DNA of 64,000 nt, taken from positions 11,615 to 75,614 of the forward strand of contig JANQJD010000013.1 in NCBI GenBank assembly GCA_028281845.1. Reading direction: 5' to 3'. This stretch comes from Rhodospirillales bacterium. GTDB taxonomy: Bacteria; Pseudomonadota; Alphaproteobacteria; Rhodospirillales; Rhodospirillaceae. Within the stretch, counting starts at the first letter, position 1. Each line of letters starts with the position of its first letter. Positions 19,894 to 31,300 of this stretch are shown in pieces. A model generated the notes under the pieces. It did not search any database and was not told where the DNA came from. It saw nothing but the letters and a program-made list of their open reading frames with translations. A program made the position numbers and the translations under genes.

Positions 19894-20084
19894 CCGAGGG
19901 GATAATAGAAATGTAGAAAGCTCCCTCCTGTCAAGTGCCTGATCCAATATGGGTGCCTGTCCTGGTTATAAGCGAGGCGGCACTTTCCCGTATTCATCGT
20001 ACTCTCTCTGTGCATATAATACCGGGTCTGTCGTGTGTCACCTCACGTGTCTGAACGGTGGGCATCATATAAACCAGGACAGCG

Positions 20085-20558
20085 GTGATGATTTCCCGGA
20101 TTGAAAAATGCTGTATCGACAAAAGAATAAAAATGACTGACCAGCGACGAGTGATTGCACGGGTGCTGTCAGAGGCCATAGATCACCCTGACGTAGAAGA
20201 AGTACATCGCCGTGCTTCTGAGATTGATCCACGTATCAGCATTGCTACGGTCTACCGAACAGTACGTCTCCTTGAGGCTGAGAACATTCTGAAAAGACAC
20301 GAGTTTGGCAGTGGGCGTGCGCGCTATGAAGAAGTGGCCTCCGAACACCATGACCACCTGATTGACATCGAATCGGGAAAAGTCATTGAATTTCACAGCA
20401 GAGAAATAGAAGAACTCCAGCGTCTGATTGCCCTTCACTACGGGTACAGGTTGGTGGGCCATCGGCTGGAACTGTATGGCGTGCCCACTGGAGGAAGAAG
20501 GAGTGGGAGCCGGGAGGCCCTTACACGACATTTTAAAGACGAAGGTAGTGACCACTAA
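20085..20558 (+). CDS. fur: Fur family transcriptional regulator
   Basis: Winged-helix N-terminus (R.T.QRRVI..VL), metal-site motif HHDHLID, about 156 aa. The start is GTG 20085 or ATG 20088. Confidence 0.85.
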   Translation: MMISRIEKCCIDKRIKMTDQRRVIARVLSEAIDHPDVEEVHRRASEIDPRISIATVYRTVRLLEAENILKRHEFGSGRARYEEVASEHHDHLIDIESGKVIEFHSREIEELQRLIALHYGYRLVGHRLELYGVPTGGRRSGSREALTRHFKDEGSDH

Positions 20559-20586
20559 ATGTTAGGCAGCCTCTCTTTTAGAGAGT

Positions 20587-22032
20587 ATGAGCATATTCAC
20601 AAACTTCTTCTCTCAAGAGAATGAGAATCGAGGATGTAAAACTTTGACAAGGAAATTGTATGTTAAAACTTATGGTTGTCAAATGAACGTCTATGATTCT
20701 ACCAGAATAATAGACATTCTCGCTCCTTTTGGGTTTATAGAGTCTGACAAGCCAGACGATGCCGACATGATTATTCTCACGACCTGTTATATCCGCGAAA
20801 AGGCCGCTGAGAAGATGTTCTCAGAACTGGGACGTCTTCGTTCTTTCAAGGAAACTCGCAAGGCCACTGGGAAGGAAACGATATTAGTTGTTATTGGGTG
20901 TGCTGCGCAAGCACAAGGCATTGAAATACTAGAACGTGCCCCTTATGTGGATATTGTCCTGGGGACACAAAATTATTATCGCCTCCCTGAAATAGTAATG
21001 AGTCCCAAAAGACATTTCTCTGATTTAGATTTCCCATCGGGAGACAAGTTTAATCATATACCCCCCCCTACGGCCAACGGCGTCGCTGTCTTTTTGCCAG
21101 TGCAGGAGGGATGTGATAAGTTCTGTACCTTCTGTGTGGTGCCTTATACTCGTGGCACTGAATCCTCGCGCCCCGCCGCTGCCGTCCTTGCCGATGCGCG
21201 ACGTTTGGTGGCAACAGGTGCAAAAGAGATTATCCTTTTAGGACACAATATCAACACCTACCGTGGCATAAGTCCCGACGGCACGGGGTACTGGGGTCTT
21301 GGGCACTTGCTAGAAGTGCTGGCAGCAGAAATTGAGAACCTGTATCGCTTACGCTTCCTTACCTCTCATCCCTGTCACGTTGACGAATCATTGATGAAAG
21401 CGTTTCGGGATTTGCCAGGACTCATGCCATATCTACACCTGCCCGTGCAGTCAGGATCAGATCGCATACTCACAGCTATGAATCGCGGCCACACGGCCGC
21501 TGATTACTGCCGTCTTGTAGAACGGCTACGCCAGGCATGTCCGACGCTCGCCTTGTCCAGTGATTTCATCGTCGGCTTTCCCGGTGAGACAGAAGCAGAT
21601 TTCAGGGCTACGCTCGATCTCGTGCACAACATTGGTTATGCACAAGCTTATTCCTTCAAGTTCAGCCCACGACCAGGGACACCGGCCGCGCAGGCCCCTG
21701 ATCAGGTGCCTGAGCGCGTCAAATCAGACAGGCTGGTACGGTTACAAAGAATACTATCCGCCCAACAAAAAAGGTTTAACACCACATTCCTCGGCCGTGA
21801 TGTTCCTGTTCTACTCGATCGCAAGGGGACGCTGGCCGGCCAGCTTATTGGCCGCAGTCCTTACATGCAGGTAGTAACCGTGAAAGCACAGGAGAATCTC
21901 CTAGGAAAAATTGTGAACTTACGTATCGACAGAATCCGATCTAACAGTCTAGACGGAACGTTTGTAGATTCAGCCAATCCTGCTTATACAGTTTACGATG
22001 AGCAGTGTGGGCAGAGGAGACTGCAGGTGTAA
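20587..22032 (+). CDS. miaB: tRNA (N6-isopentenyl-adenosine-37-C2)-methylthiotransferase
   Basis: N-terminal YGCQMN, radical-SAM CDKFCTFCVVP, C-terminal TRAM-like region. Stop overlaps the phoH start (TAATG). Confidence 0.93.
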   Translation: MSIFTNFFSQENENRGCKTLTRKLYVKTYGCQMNVYDSTRIIDILAPFGFIESDKPDDADMIILTTCYIREKAAEKMFSELGRLRSFKETRKATGKETILVVIGCAAQAQGIEILERAPYVDIVLGTQNYYRLPEIVMSPKRHFSDLDFPSGDKFNHIPPPTANGVAVFLPVQEGCDKFCTFCVVPYTRGTESSRPAAAVLADARRLVATGAKEIILLGHNINTYRGISPDGTGYWGLGHLLEVLAAEIENLYRLRFLTSHPCHVDESLMKAFRDLPGLMPYLHLPVQSGSDRILTAMNRGHTAADYCRLVERLRQACPTLALSSDFIVGFPGETEADFRATLDLVHNIGYAQAYSFKFSPRPGTPAAQAPDQVPERVKSDRLVRLQRILSAQQKRFNTTFLGRDVPVLLDRKGTLAGQLIGRSPYMQVVTVKAQENLLGKIVNLRIDRIRSNSLDGTFVDSANPAYTVYDEQCGQRRLQV

Positions 22033-22997
22033 TGCAGCAGCTCACACGCTCCGCTATGTCTCTCATGCGTGAATTTGATGATAATCTGCTACTCCAAGTA
22101 ATGTTCGGGCCTCAGAATATTCATCTGAGCCGAATCGAACGACAGCTTGATGTACGGATTGATGTCCGCGGTAATGCAGTCACCGTTTCCGGACAAATAG
22201 GACTGGTCGAGGTCGCAGGTTCTGTTCTGGATGCGTTATATGATCGCCTCCGCCGTGGACAGCCGGTCGAGATAAGCGATGTAGATGCGGCCGTACGTAT
22301 GTCGCGTCATGGCATGGCTTTACTGGATGAGACCCTCGTCATCCGCACGAGCAAACGCCATGTCGTTCCACGTGCACCTGCGCAAGTTGAATACCTGCAA
22401 GCTATGAAAGATAATGAACTCGTCTTCGGACTGGGACCAGCAGGCACTGGCAAAACCTATTTGGCTGTCGCTATGGCTGTCTCAATGATGCTAATTGGAA
22501 AAGTAGATAAACTCATATTATCTCGTCCAACAGTAGAAGCTGGAGAGAGACTCGGCTTCCTACCAGGTGACTTACGCGAGAAAATTGACCCTTATTTCCG
22601 TCCCCTCTATGATGCTCTCTACGACATGTTACCCGGCGAGCAAGTGATCAAACGCCTGGGCATCGGGACAATAGAGGTAGCGCCTCTAGCCTTTATGCGA
22701 GGACGGACACTCTCTAACGCTTTTGTGATCTTAGATGAGGCACAGAATACCACCCCAATGCAGATGAAGATGTTTCTTACACGTCTAGGCGAAAATGCAC
22801 GCATGGTCGTAACAGGGGACTTGAGCCAAGTCGACCTTCTCATCGGCATGCCATCCGGTTTACATGAAGCAGTGCGCATTCTCGGAGGCGTGGATGGCGT
22901 CGCCTTTGTCTGCTTCACAGACAGGGATGTCGTCCGACACGAATTAGTCAGTCGTATTGTTAGAGCTTATCAAGACGATGAAACCCGTAATGGGTGA
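22032..22997 (+). CDS. phoH: PhoH family ATPase (YbeZ-like)
   Basis: Walker A GPAGTGKT, ILDEAQN, and the conserved position just downstream of miaB. Start ATG 22032 within ORF 22005-22997. Confidence 0.9.
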   Translation: MQQLTRSAMSLMREFDDNLLLQVMFGPQNIHLSRIERQLDVRIDVRGNAVTVSGQIGLVEVAGSVLDALYDRLRRGQPVEISDVDAAVRMSRHGMALLDETLVIRTSKRHVVPRAPAQVEYLQAMKDNELVFGLGPAGTGKTYLAVAMAVSMMLIGKVDKLILSRPTVEAGERLGFLPGDLREKIDPYFRPLYDALYDMLPGEQVIKRLGIGTIEVAPLAFMRGRTLSNAFVILDEAQNTTPMQMKMFLTRLGENARMVVTGDLSQVDLLIGMPSGLHEAVRILGGVDGVAFVCFTDRDVVRHELVSRIVRAYQDDETRNG

Positions 22998-23014
22998 AAC
23001 ATAGCCATCTATAT

Positions 23015-23030
23015 TATATGGATATATGGA
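23015..23030. repeat. perfect tandem duplication, 2 x 8 bp (tatatgga)
   Basis: Read directly. In the convergent phoH/tolC gap. Confidence 0.85.
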
Positions 23031-23081
23031 TCCTCTCTCTGGACTGACAGCGACGGTCACGGTCACCTATGCTGGGCCTCT

Positions 23082-24476
23082 CTACTCCGTTTTATCCCCT
23101 GCTCCTGATACGTCGGCGTCCCACTCGGCAGCGGCACTTGTCCCTAGCCATTTGGCACGGACTATACGATAGTGGACATTAGGATCGTAGAGATCCACAG
23201 GTAGGCTCAGAGTGCTCGCTGTCATTTTCCCCATCGCGGATAGTAGTTTATATGCAGTATACAATTGATCCCTTTTCGCACGCACTAGCGCCACACGTGC
23301 GTCTAGTAGTTCCTGCTCAGCATTGAGAACATCAAGCACTGTACGTGATCCCACTTGAGCTTCACGTTTAGCTCCGTTCAGCGCCACTTTAGCCGCGAGA
23401 ATCTGAGCCTGGAAGGAATCAATCTGGGTGCGGGCGCTCTGCAGTCCCTCCCATGCTTGAGTCACAGTTTCGATGGCGACACGCCGCGCTTGATCGCCTT
23501 CCAAGCGTCTCTGGCTAGCAGTATGCTTAGCCTCTCGCAGGCGAGCATACACTGCTCCTTGCTGGTATAAAGGGACCTTGATTGTTAACATCACCTCTGC
23601 TGATTCTGTCCGAGAATCGCGATCTGTCTGATTCCAGTTGCGACTCAAGCGACCTTCGAGACTCACTGTTGGACGCAGTTCTCCGCGAATCTGGGCAATG
23701 CTATGCTGGGCAGCCTGAGCTGCATATTCTGTTGCATTGACAACTGGATTGACAGACGAGGCAGATTCTATTGCTTCTGAAAGGGATGTTGGTAGGTTGG
23801 GCGGTGTATGGGGAAATGCTAGCTGGCCTGGCATGGTGCCAACGACCTGTTCATATGTGGCGCGGCTTGACTGCAGAGTCCCTTCTGCAGCTAAACGGAC
23901 TGCAGTGGTGCGAGCAAGACGGGCCTCTGCTTGCGCCACGTCTGTCTGAGTGATTTCCCCAACACGAAAACGATCGCGGGCGGCGACAAGTTGATGTCGC
24001 AAAACCTGTTCGCTGTTAATGCTGAGATCAAGGACGGCCTGATCCCGCACCACATCCAAGTAGGCTTGTGCGGCATTTCTTAACACTGTTTGTTCAACAT
24101 CAAGGAGCTGCGCCCACTCTGCCTGGACTCTGGCCTCTGCTTCTGTGGTAGCAGCGACGGTACGGCCTCCGCGGTATAGTGCTTGAGTGATACCCAGACC
24201 GCCCAATCGCGCCGTGCGGGCATGAGAGGACGTGGAGGCACTGCTATCCTCGTAATGTCCGTGAGTCCCTTGCAGACTGAGTGTCAGATTAGGACGCCAG
24301 TGAGCGAGTGCCTGTGGCACGCTTTCATGTACAGCCCGGCTGTGGGCCCGCTTAGCAAGAAGCTGTGGATTAGATAAGTATGTCGCTGCAAGCGCACTCT
24401 CGAGTGTTTCTGCGCCTATAGCGCTTACGTACCCTATGAGAAGGGCTACAAAGGCTATAATGAACCGCATATTCAT
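23082..24476 (-). CDS. tolC: TolC family outer-membrane efflux protein
   Basis: Signal peptide MNMRFIIAFVALLIGYVSAIGAETLESA. Two repeated coiled-coil/beta halves typical of TolC. About 464 aa. Confidence 0.85.
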   Translation of the reverse strand: MNMRFIIAFVALLIGYVSAIGAETLESALAATYLSNPQLLAKRAHSRAVHESVPQALAHWRPNLTLSLQGTHGHYEDSSASTSSHARTARLGGLGITQALYRGGRTVAATTEAEARVQAEWAQLLDVEQTVLRNAAQAYLDVVRDQAVLDLSINSEQVLRHQLVAARDRFRVGEITQTDVAQAEARLARTTAVRLAAEGTLQSSRATYEQVVGTMPGQLAFPHTPPNLPTSLSEAIESASSVNPVVNATEYAAQAAQHSIAQIRGELRPTVSLEGRLSRNWNQTDRDSRTESAEVMLTIKVPLYQQGAVYARLREAKHTASQRRLEGDQARRVAIETVTQAWEGLQSARTQIDSFQAQILAAKVALNGAKREAQVGSRTVLDVLNAEQELLDARVALVRAKRDQLYTAYKLLSAMGKMTASTLSLPVDLYDPNVHYRIVRAKWLGTSAAAEWDADVSGAGDKTE

Positions 24477-24548
24477 ACCCGTAATCCCACAACACAACAC
24501 TGTCCCGCACGGTCCCGCTCGCTAGCCACAGAGTCCCCAGGAGTGCTC

Positions 24549-25283
24549 TCAAGGCTGCTTTCTTTCTGGCTGTTCGGGCGCGAGGAGTAAAGTGAAGTGT
24601 ACTAGATTCTGTAGCTCATAATACAAAATATTATTGCTTTTTAAAGTTGTAGAATCTATCCCCCACTTCACTCCTTGAAATAACTGATCAAGCTCCGTAG
24701 CATAAAAAGCCATATCCGTGTTAATTAAGCCATCTAAAAGAGAAAATGCTATAACTAATGAATTACAAAGAGTAGAAGTTCTGTATAATGCAGCTAAATG
24801 AAGATTTTCCATTCCAGATAGGATCGCGTGCAACGTGGAAAACGCTCTTTTTGATTGTTGAATTGGCATCACACCCGCTGTAATACGTAAATGGACTCCA
24901 TAACGCTGTCGCATCCCATCTAACAACGGCTGCCACTTGGCTTGCTGAAGCTCTACCAACGCCGGAGGCCCTATTGCCCTGTAGCACACAAGATCTGTTG
25001 CTGCGAGTGCCAGTAGCGTCCCCACCCCTTCTTGTTTGAGAGTTGACATTCTGTCAATCGCCGTGTTGGTGAGTTGAGTGAGCGGCATAGTTGTTGGGCG
25101 AATTCTACTTCCTTGCATTCGCCACTCAGCGGCAATGGCCTCCGCGAGAGAGCGGCTAGGAACAATCAAGGGTCTTCCCGCAGGAGTACACAATCTTTGG
25201 TTATCTAAATTAACTGAAAACTCGCCCCCATGAGCCACCAGGCTAACTCCGTTATAAAAACGCTCACAAGTCTGCCAAATCAT
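24549..25283 (-). CDS. ATP12 family F1-ATPase assembly chaperone
   Basis: RFY..V.......F.V.LD.R...TPAG..L.VPS..LA.AIAAEW block. Start set to ATG 25283 within ORF 24549-25457. Confidence 0.75.
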   Translation of the reverse strand: MIWQTCERFYNGVSLVAHGGEFSVNLDNQRLCTPAGRPLIVPSRSLAEAIAAEWRMQGSRIRPTTMPLTQLTNTAIDRMSTLKQEGVGTLLALAATDLVCYRAIGPPALVELQQAKWQPLLDGMRQRYGVHLRITAGVMPIQQSKRAFSTLHAILSGMENLHLAALYRTSTLCNSLVIAFSLLDGLINTDMAFYATELDQLFQGVKWGIDSTTLKSNNILYYELQNLVHFTLLLAPEQPERKQP

Positions 25284-25530
25284 ACCGTCTCTGGGATACT
25301 CCTGATCCTCCCTCCTCCTAGCGATTCCCTCATATCGCAGTGTTGCCAACACCTCACATGGCCGCGAAAAACACTTACACTTGCGAGAAATATCGCATCG
25401 CGAAAAAAAATCCCCTCCTCTGCTCCTCTGAAAACCAGACTCCTCTCTTGGGGACAAGCGGAGAACCCCTTTGCGGCTCTACAGTACAGAAAGACTAGAC
25501 CATCACAGCCAGCAAACACCCCCTGCCCAC

Positions 25531-26088
25531 TTACCCTGTTGGCTGGGCACTTTCACCGGTTTCATCCATCTGCAACGGGGCAGATTCTACCCCAGCGGGT
25601 AAAGACCTGGCCGCTTCAGAAGCACTTGCCAGAGCTTTAGCGAGCTCGAACACCCGCTTACGGACTTGGGGATCCGTAATTCTGTAGTAGGCCCTGACCA
25701 ATTCGAGTGTCTCCCGCTTAGACATTGGGTCAGCTTCAAAAGAGGAAGGTTCTTCAATTGTTCCTGCTAACATGCGCGGGCTCTGAGCGGCTGTACCTTC
25801 TATCATGTCATCAAAGAAAAAGGAGACAGGAACGTCCAGAACACGGCTTAAATCCCACAGTCGACTAGCTCCGATGCGATTAGCACCCCTTTCATACTTT
25901 TGGACCTGCTGAAAGGTCAGTCCTATGGCATCACCGAGCTTCTCCTGACTCATGCCAAGCAGCGTGCGGCGAAGACGCACGCGGCTTCCGACGTGCACAT
26001 CGATGGGATTCGGACTCCCAGTCGCCGTGCGGCCGCGTGTGGAGACACGGGGGGAGCTGGTTTCTTTCGTGGCGCGTGCTGAACTCAT
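25531..26088 (-). CDS. XRE-family helix-turn-helix transcriptional regulator
   Basis: The HTH core VGSRVRLRRTLLGMSQEKLGDAIGLTFQQVQKYERGANRIGASRL is the conserved alphaproteobacterial lnt-adjacent type. AAGGA RBS before ATG 26088. Confidence 0.8.
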   Translation of the reverse strand: MSSARATKETSSPRVSTRGRTATGSPNPIDVHVGSRVRLRRTLLGMSQEKLGDAIGLTFQQVQKYERGANRIGASRLWDLSRVLDVPVSFFFDDMIEGTAAQSPRMLAGTIEEPSSFEADPMSKRETLELVRAYYRITDPQVRKRVFELAKALASASEAARSLPAGVESAPLQMDETGESAQPTG

Positions 26089-26243
26089 AGCCGATCCTTG
26101 GTTAGGAGACACCTGTAACAATTAGCAAGCTCATCTTGCGTACAGCAACACTTGTCATATCATCGCATGACTCGTCAACTGGATATCGCATGCTGGTGGT
26201 AAAAATCTTCTCCGGCTATGGCTGGTAAGGAGGCATACCCTCG

Positions 26244-27869
26244 CTACGTTGCCTTTGATGTCTTAAATGCAAGCGCCGTTCCCAGGCAAAAAAGAGTTAG
26301 CAAAATCGCGATAGCATTGCCCAATCTTGCAAAAAGTGGGGCCGGAGTTAGCGCTACTGGCAGTGAAACGTCCCGTATTCCTGCGATGCCAAGACCAATG
26401 GTTTCCACAACACGACCATAAGGATCAACGACAGCAGAAATACCAGTAACAGCAACACGAACAAGTGGGATTCCTTCTTCTACTGCACGCCATCGTGCAC
26501 TGGCAAAGTGCTGATACGGCCCAGCGCTCTGTCCAAACCACGCATCGTTTGTTACGTTAAGAATCCATTGCGGATGCCCAGTGCGCTCCACCACTGCTCC
26601 TGGAAAGATGACTTCATAACAGATAAGAGGGCTCAAAGGTGGGAGACCAACGAGACTGATCGTCTGCACGCCAGGGCCAGAGCAAAAATTTGCAGAATCA
26701 ATTGCCATTTTCTGTAATGAGAAGAGCTTCCAGGCGGGCATATATTCTCCGAAAGGCACAAGATGTGCTTTGTCGTAGAGTGCGAGGATGGTTCCCTTAT
26801 GGCTAATCGCCATCAAGCTGTTCCAAAAATGGACTACTCTACCCCCCGGAGGGGTTGTGCGTATCACACCTGTTAGCACAGCCCCTCCATACGGGACGGC
26901 CTGAGAGACCAGCTCTCGTGCTTCAGCATGCCAGTCTAGAGAAAAAGCTGTCGCTGTTTCAGGCCAAATGACATGTGTGACTTTCTCGAATCCAGGCTCT
27001 AGACTCATAGAAATTTTCTCAAAGAAATGTCTGACGCGCAGTTCAGGAATCCAGCGAAGCGATTGATGGATATTTGGCTGGACGATTCGCAATCTAACGT
27101 TATCTACTATGGGATGATATTCTATAGGACCAGCAAAACTCAGGCGCACTGAACCAGCACCCCATAAAAGCAAGAATGTTCCAGTCACAGCAAGGTTTAT
27201 CCCTACACGTTGACCTACTAGTATTGCCTTCTGACCTATCAAGGTAGCCGGCAATGACATTATTAAAACTGTTAATAATCCTGTCCCATAGACTCCCAAA
27301 TAAGCGGCAGCTTGCAGAACGCTCTCGACATTTGTCCAGGCATGAGCTACTGGATTCCAGGGGAAACCACCAAAAAGGGTTCCGCGAACCATTTCACTTG
27401 TTGTCCAGGCCCCCGCTAAAGCAATGCCCCGCTGTGGCCCCGGCCGCGAGATTTGTACAGTCAACCAGGTAGCCAGGCCTGTGAAGAGAGCGAGACTCAC
27501 TGTGAGAGTTGCCAGGGCAAAGGGAATCATCCAGGCGAATCGCGCTGGATTCACAAGGAAAGCACAGGTGACCCAGTATGACCCAAAAGAAAAAAATCCC
27601 GTGCCAAACCACCACCCAATCATAAAAGCGTGCCTGTTGCTTCTTGTTGTGTTATCGAGAAGCCAGACGAGGCCGGAAAAAATAACCAGCAGTAACGGCC
27701 AGATTCCTACTGGTGGCATAACAGCTGCTAGCCCGCAGCCTAGGGCAATAGCGACAACGCTGCGACGCCAGCCTGTTAAGCTGCGCACACGAAGGGCTAT
27801 AAGCTCAAGAGCGATAATGGGAAAACGACTCACAGATTGAAGTCCCAGCAGAACATGGGCAAGATGCAT
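26244..27869 (-). CDS. lnt: apolipoprotein N-acyltransferase
   Basis: N-terminal polytopic domain plus C-terminal CN-hydrolase domain (VIWPE..., LICYE). Start uncertain: ATG 27869 gives about 541 aa, while the ORF track start 28082 gives 612 aa. Confidence 0.82.
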   Translation of the reverse strand: MHLAHVLLGLQSVSRFPIIALELIALRVRSLTGWRRSVVAIALGCGLAAVMPPVGIWPLLLVIFSGLVWLLDNTTRSNRHAFMIGWWFGTGFFSFGSYWVTCAFLVNPARFAWMIPFALATLTVSLALFTGLATWLTVQISRPGPQRGIALAGAWTTSEMVRGTLFGGFPWNPVAHAWTNVESVLQAAAYLGVYGTGLLTVLIMSLPATLIGQKAILVGQRVGINLAVTGTFLLLWGAGSVRLSFAGPIEYHPIVDNVRLRIVQPNIHQSLRWIPELRVRHFFEKISMSLEPGFEKVTHVIWPETATAFSLDWHAEARELVSQAVPYGGAVLTGVIRTTPPGGRVVHFWNSLMAISHKGTILALYDKAHLVPFGEYMPAWKLFSLQKMAIDSANFCSGPGVQTISLVGLPPLSPLICYEVIFPGAVVERTGHPQWILNVTNDAWFGQSAGPYQHFASARWRAVEEGIPLVRVAVTGISAVVDPYGRVVETIGLGIAGIRDVSLPVALTPAPLFARLGNAIAILLTLFCLGTALAFKTSKAT

Positions 27870-28243
27870 GGTTATATACCGGATGGCACAGGGGTAACCA
27901 GTCTGCGCTCTTGGCCAAGGCAACAGGATCAGAAACAGCTTTGTACGCCGTGATGAGAAGGTGGCCTGCGAAAAGAGAGAGACTGGCCGTGGCGTAACTT
28001 TAAAAAAGGGAGGGGCTGCGTTGCTGCCTGCTGCAGATTTTCCGATCGCTCCTCCACAAAGAAAGAGGGGAGAGATCGCCATATATCTTATGTCTATGCG
28101 GAACCAAGATCTCCGCTGTCGAGTGGAAAAGGCGTTGACGAACGGGGACTACGAGATGTCATTGCCTGTTGTGGGTAAGAACACGCAAGTGTGCGGCAAG
28201 GGCGGCGGCGTCCCTTTAGCCAGGGTGCCTACTGTCCTCCCAT

Positions 28244-28267
28244 TAGATATATCCCTAGATATATCCC
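28244..28267. repeat. perfect tandem duplication, 2 x 12 bp (tagatatatccc)
   Basis: Read directly. About 100 nt upstream of the nrdJ start. Confidence 0.9.
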
Positions 28268-28368
28268 GGGTGGCAGAGTCGACTTTAGGCAACACCCCTG
28301 TCACAATAACCCTCCTGCGAGGACCACGATTGGTACGACGTCACACACGTTGGCCCTGATAGGACACT

Positions 28369-31300
28369 ATGCGAGTCACGAGAGTTTATACTATTGAGGG
28401 CCAGTCACCCTATGATGGTCTGACCTTCAAGACAATGTCGAGCGAGATTCGTAATCCAGATGGCTCGCTGGTGTTTCATTTTGGCCGATTAGAGGCCCCG
28501 GCCGATTGGTCCCAGGTGGCTTGTGACATTCTGGCACAGAAGTATTTCCGAAAGGCTGGCGTACCCGCCTGTTTAAAACCTGTACCGGAAGAAAATGTGC
28601 CACAGTGGCTGTGGCGCCATGAGTCCGATATGGTGGCAATGGCCGATCTTCCTCCAGAGAGGAGATACGGTGCTGAGCATGATGCTCGGCAAGTGTTCAA
28701 CCGTATGGCCGGCACATGGACTTACTGGGGCTGGAAAGGCGGCTATTTTGACAGTGAAGCGGACGCACGGGCGTATTGCGACGAGATGTGCTTTATGCTA
28801 TGCCGCCAGATGGCAGCGCCCAACTCTCCGCAATGGTTTAATACGGGTTTGCACTGGGCTTATGGTATTGACGGGCCAAGCCAGGGTCACTATTACGTCG
28901 ACCATCACACTGGTGAAGCGGTCCGTGCTAAAAGTAGCTACGAACATCCACAGCCACATGCCTGCTTCATCCAGAGCATCGATGATGATCTGGTTAACGA
29001 GGGGGGGATTATGGACCTGTGGGTGCGTGAGGCGCGCCTGTTTAAGTATGGCTCTGGCACAGGCACAAATTTCTCACCACTACGCAGTGCGGGCGAGCCA
29101 CTGTCTGGTGGCGGTCGCTCCTCTGGTCTCATGAGTTTTCTGAAAATCGGTGATCGTGCTGCAGGTGCCATCAAATCTGGTGGGACGACTCGTCGGGCTG
29201 CCAAGATGGTCATTGTGGATATTGATCACCCAGACATAGAGGCATTCATCGACTGGAAAATCATGGAGGAGCGTAAAATTGCTGCCATGGTTACTGGTTC
29301 CAGTATCTGCAATACACATCTCAACGCTATTATGCGGGCTTGTACGCCCGATAAATGTGATCCTGAAGCCAATAAAGCTCTGCAGGAGGCGCTTGTCGCA
29401 GCGCGCCAAGTCATGATTCCGGAGAGCTATTTGCAACGTGCAATCCAGCTGGCTCGCCAGGGTTTTACGACTCTCACCTTTCCTGTCCTTGATACTGACT
29501 GGGATTCGGAAGCTTATATGACCGTATCGGGGCAAAATTCCAATAATACTGTACGGGTGTCAGATGCTTTTCTGGATGCTGTGCGCGCTGATCAAGATTG
29601 GTTGTTACGACGTCGGGTTGATGGCGTAGCGCAAAAAAAGGTTTCTGCCACCCAGTTGTGGGCCCATATTGGGGAGGCGGCATGGCAGTGTGCTGATCCA
29701 GGGTTACAGTTTGATACGACAATTAACGCGTGGCACACGTGTCCAGCGTCTGGGCGTATCTCTGCTTCCAATCCGTGCTCTGAATACATGTTTCTGGATG
29801 ATACCGCCTGCAATCTAGCCTCCTTGAATCTGTATGCCTTCCACAAGGCAGATGGTCATTTTGATATTGCTGCCTTTCGCCATGCTGTACGGCTCTGGAT
29901 TCTCACTCTCGAGATCGCAGTGTTGATGGCTCAGTTTCCGTCGCGACGAATCGCCGAGTTGTCTTATCGCTATCGAACTCTTGGGCTCGGACACGCCAAT
30001 GCTGGCGGCCTGCTCATGGCTTCAGGTCTCCCTTATGACAGCCACGCAGGACGGGCCATGATAGCCGGGATTACCGCTCTGATGACTGGTGTCGCATATC
30101 GCACCTCCGCTGAGATGGCCGCTAGTTTGGGACCCTTTCCAGGATTCTTTGACAACCGCGCTCCCATGCTTCGGGTGGTCCGTAATCATCGTCGTGCAGC
30201 CTACGGACTCACAGAGGGCTATGAAGATCTGAGGATATTGCCAGTCCCGTTTGATGACTGCCCGGATCGGGTCTTGGCAGAAGCCGCTCGCGCAGCATGG
30301 GACGAAGCCCTCTCCCTGGGAGAAGCCCATGGCTACAGGAATGCCCAAGTGTCAGTGGTAGCCCCTACAGGCACGATCGGCTTAGTCATGGATTGTGATA
30401 CCACTGGTATTGAACCAGACTTCTCGCTTGTCAAGTTCAAGAAGCTGAGTGGTGGTGGATATTTCAAAATTATCAATCGAATGGTGCAAGGCGCCTTGCG
30501 TACACTGGGCTACGATGAAAGTCAGATTGCGGCAATCGTCCGCTACACCGTTGGTGCAGGAACCTTACGGGAGGCACCTGCCATAAATCATCAAACTTTG
30601 CAGGCGAGGGGTTTTGATGACAGCAGTCTCGAGGTCATAGAGCGTGCGGCCGCTGCAGCGTTTGACATCCGTTTTATTTTCAACAAATGGAGCCTAGGAT
30701 TCGATTTTTGCCATCATACCCTTAATCTGTCACCAGAACAGCTTGCAGATCCTGAGTTCGATATGCTGGCGGCGCTCGGTTTTACGCCAGAACAGGTGGA
30801 GGCGGCGAATACGTACTGCTGTGGTGCTATGACAGTCGAGGGGGCTCCGACGCTTAAACCAGAGCATCTCTCTGTATTTGATTGTGCAAGTCTCTGTGGA
30901 CGTTGGGGGACCCGATTCTTATCTACGGAATCGCACATCCGCATGATGGCGGCTGTGCAACCTTTTGTTTCAGGTGCTATTTCTAAGACAATTAATATGC
31001 CTACAACGGCGACAATAGAAGATTGTCAGGAGGCCTATTGGCTCGCATGGCGCCTAGGGCTTAAAGCTATTGCCTTATATCGAGATGGCTCCAAACTTTC
31101 GCAGCCACTGCAGGCTCGTTTGCTAGCTGAGAGGGATACAAACATTGATGGAACTGTTATAGTGCTGCCAGCTGCAGCACGGGCGGCTGTGGTCGCTGAG
31201 CGAATCGTCGAACACGTGATGGTCCACCCGAATAGGCAGAGGCTACCACATCGGCGGAAGGGATATACGCAGAAGGCTTCAATTGGGGGCCATAAGGTGT

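Noticed and set aside
27961-28359. 132-aa ORF in the lnt/nrdJ spacer (contains LDISLDIS from the 12-bp duplication)
   Set aside because: It has no recognisable family, no RBS and a GTG start. It would overlap lnt if lnt uses the upstream start. The composition looks like translated non-coding DNA.
28081-28368. Cobalamin riboswitch or NrdR boxes upstream of nrdJ
   Set aside because: agccagggtgcc near 28219-28230 resembles only part of the B12 box, and the other conserved riboswitch elements are not visible. The tagatatatccc x 2 repeat has an ATATAT core like NrdR boxes, but it is not palindromic and the 12-bp spacing does not fit paired NrdR boxes. It also looks like just one more of the random duplications.
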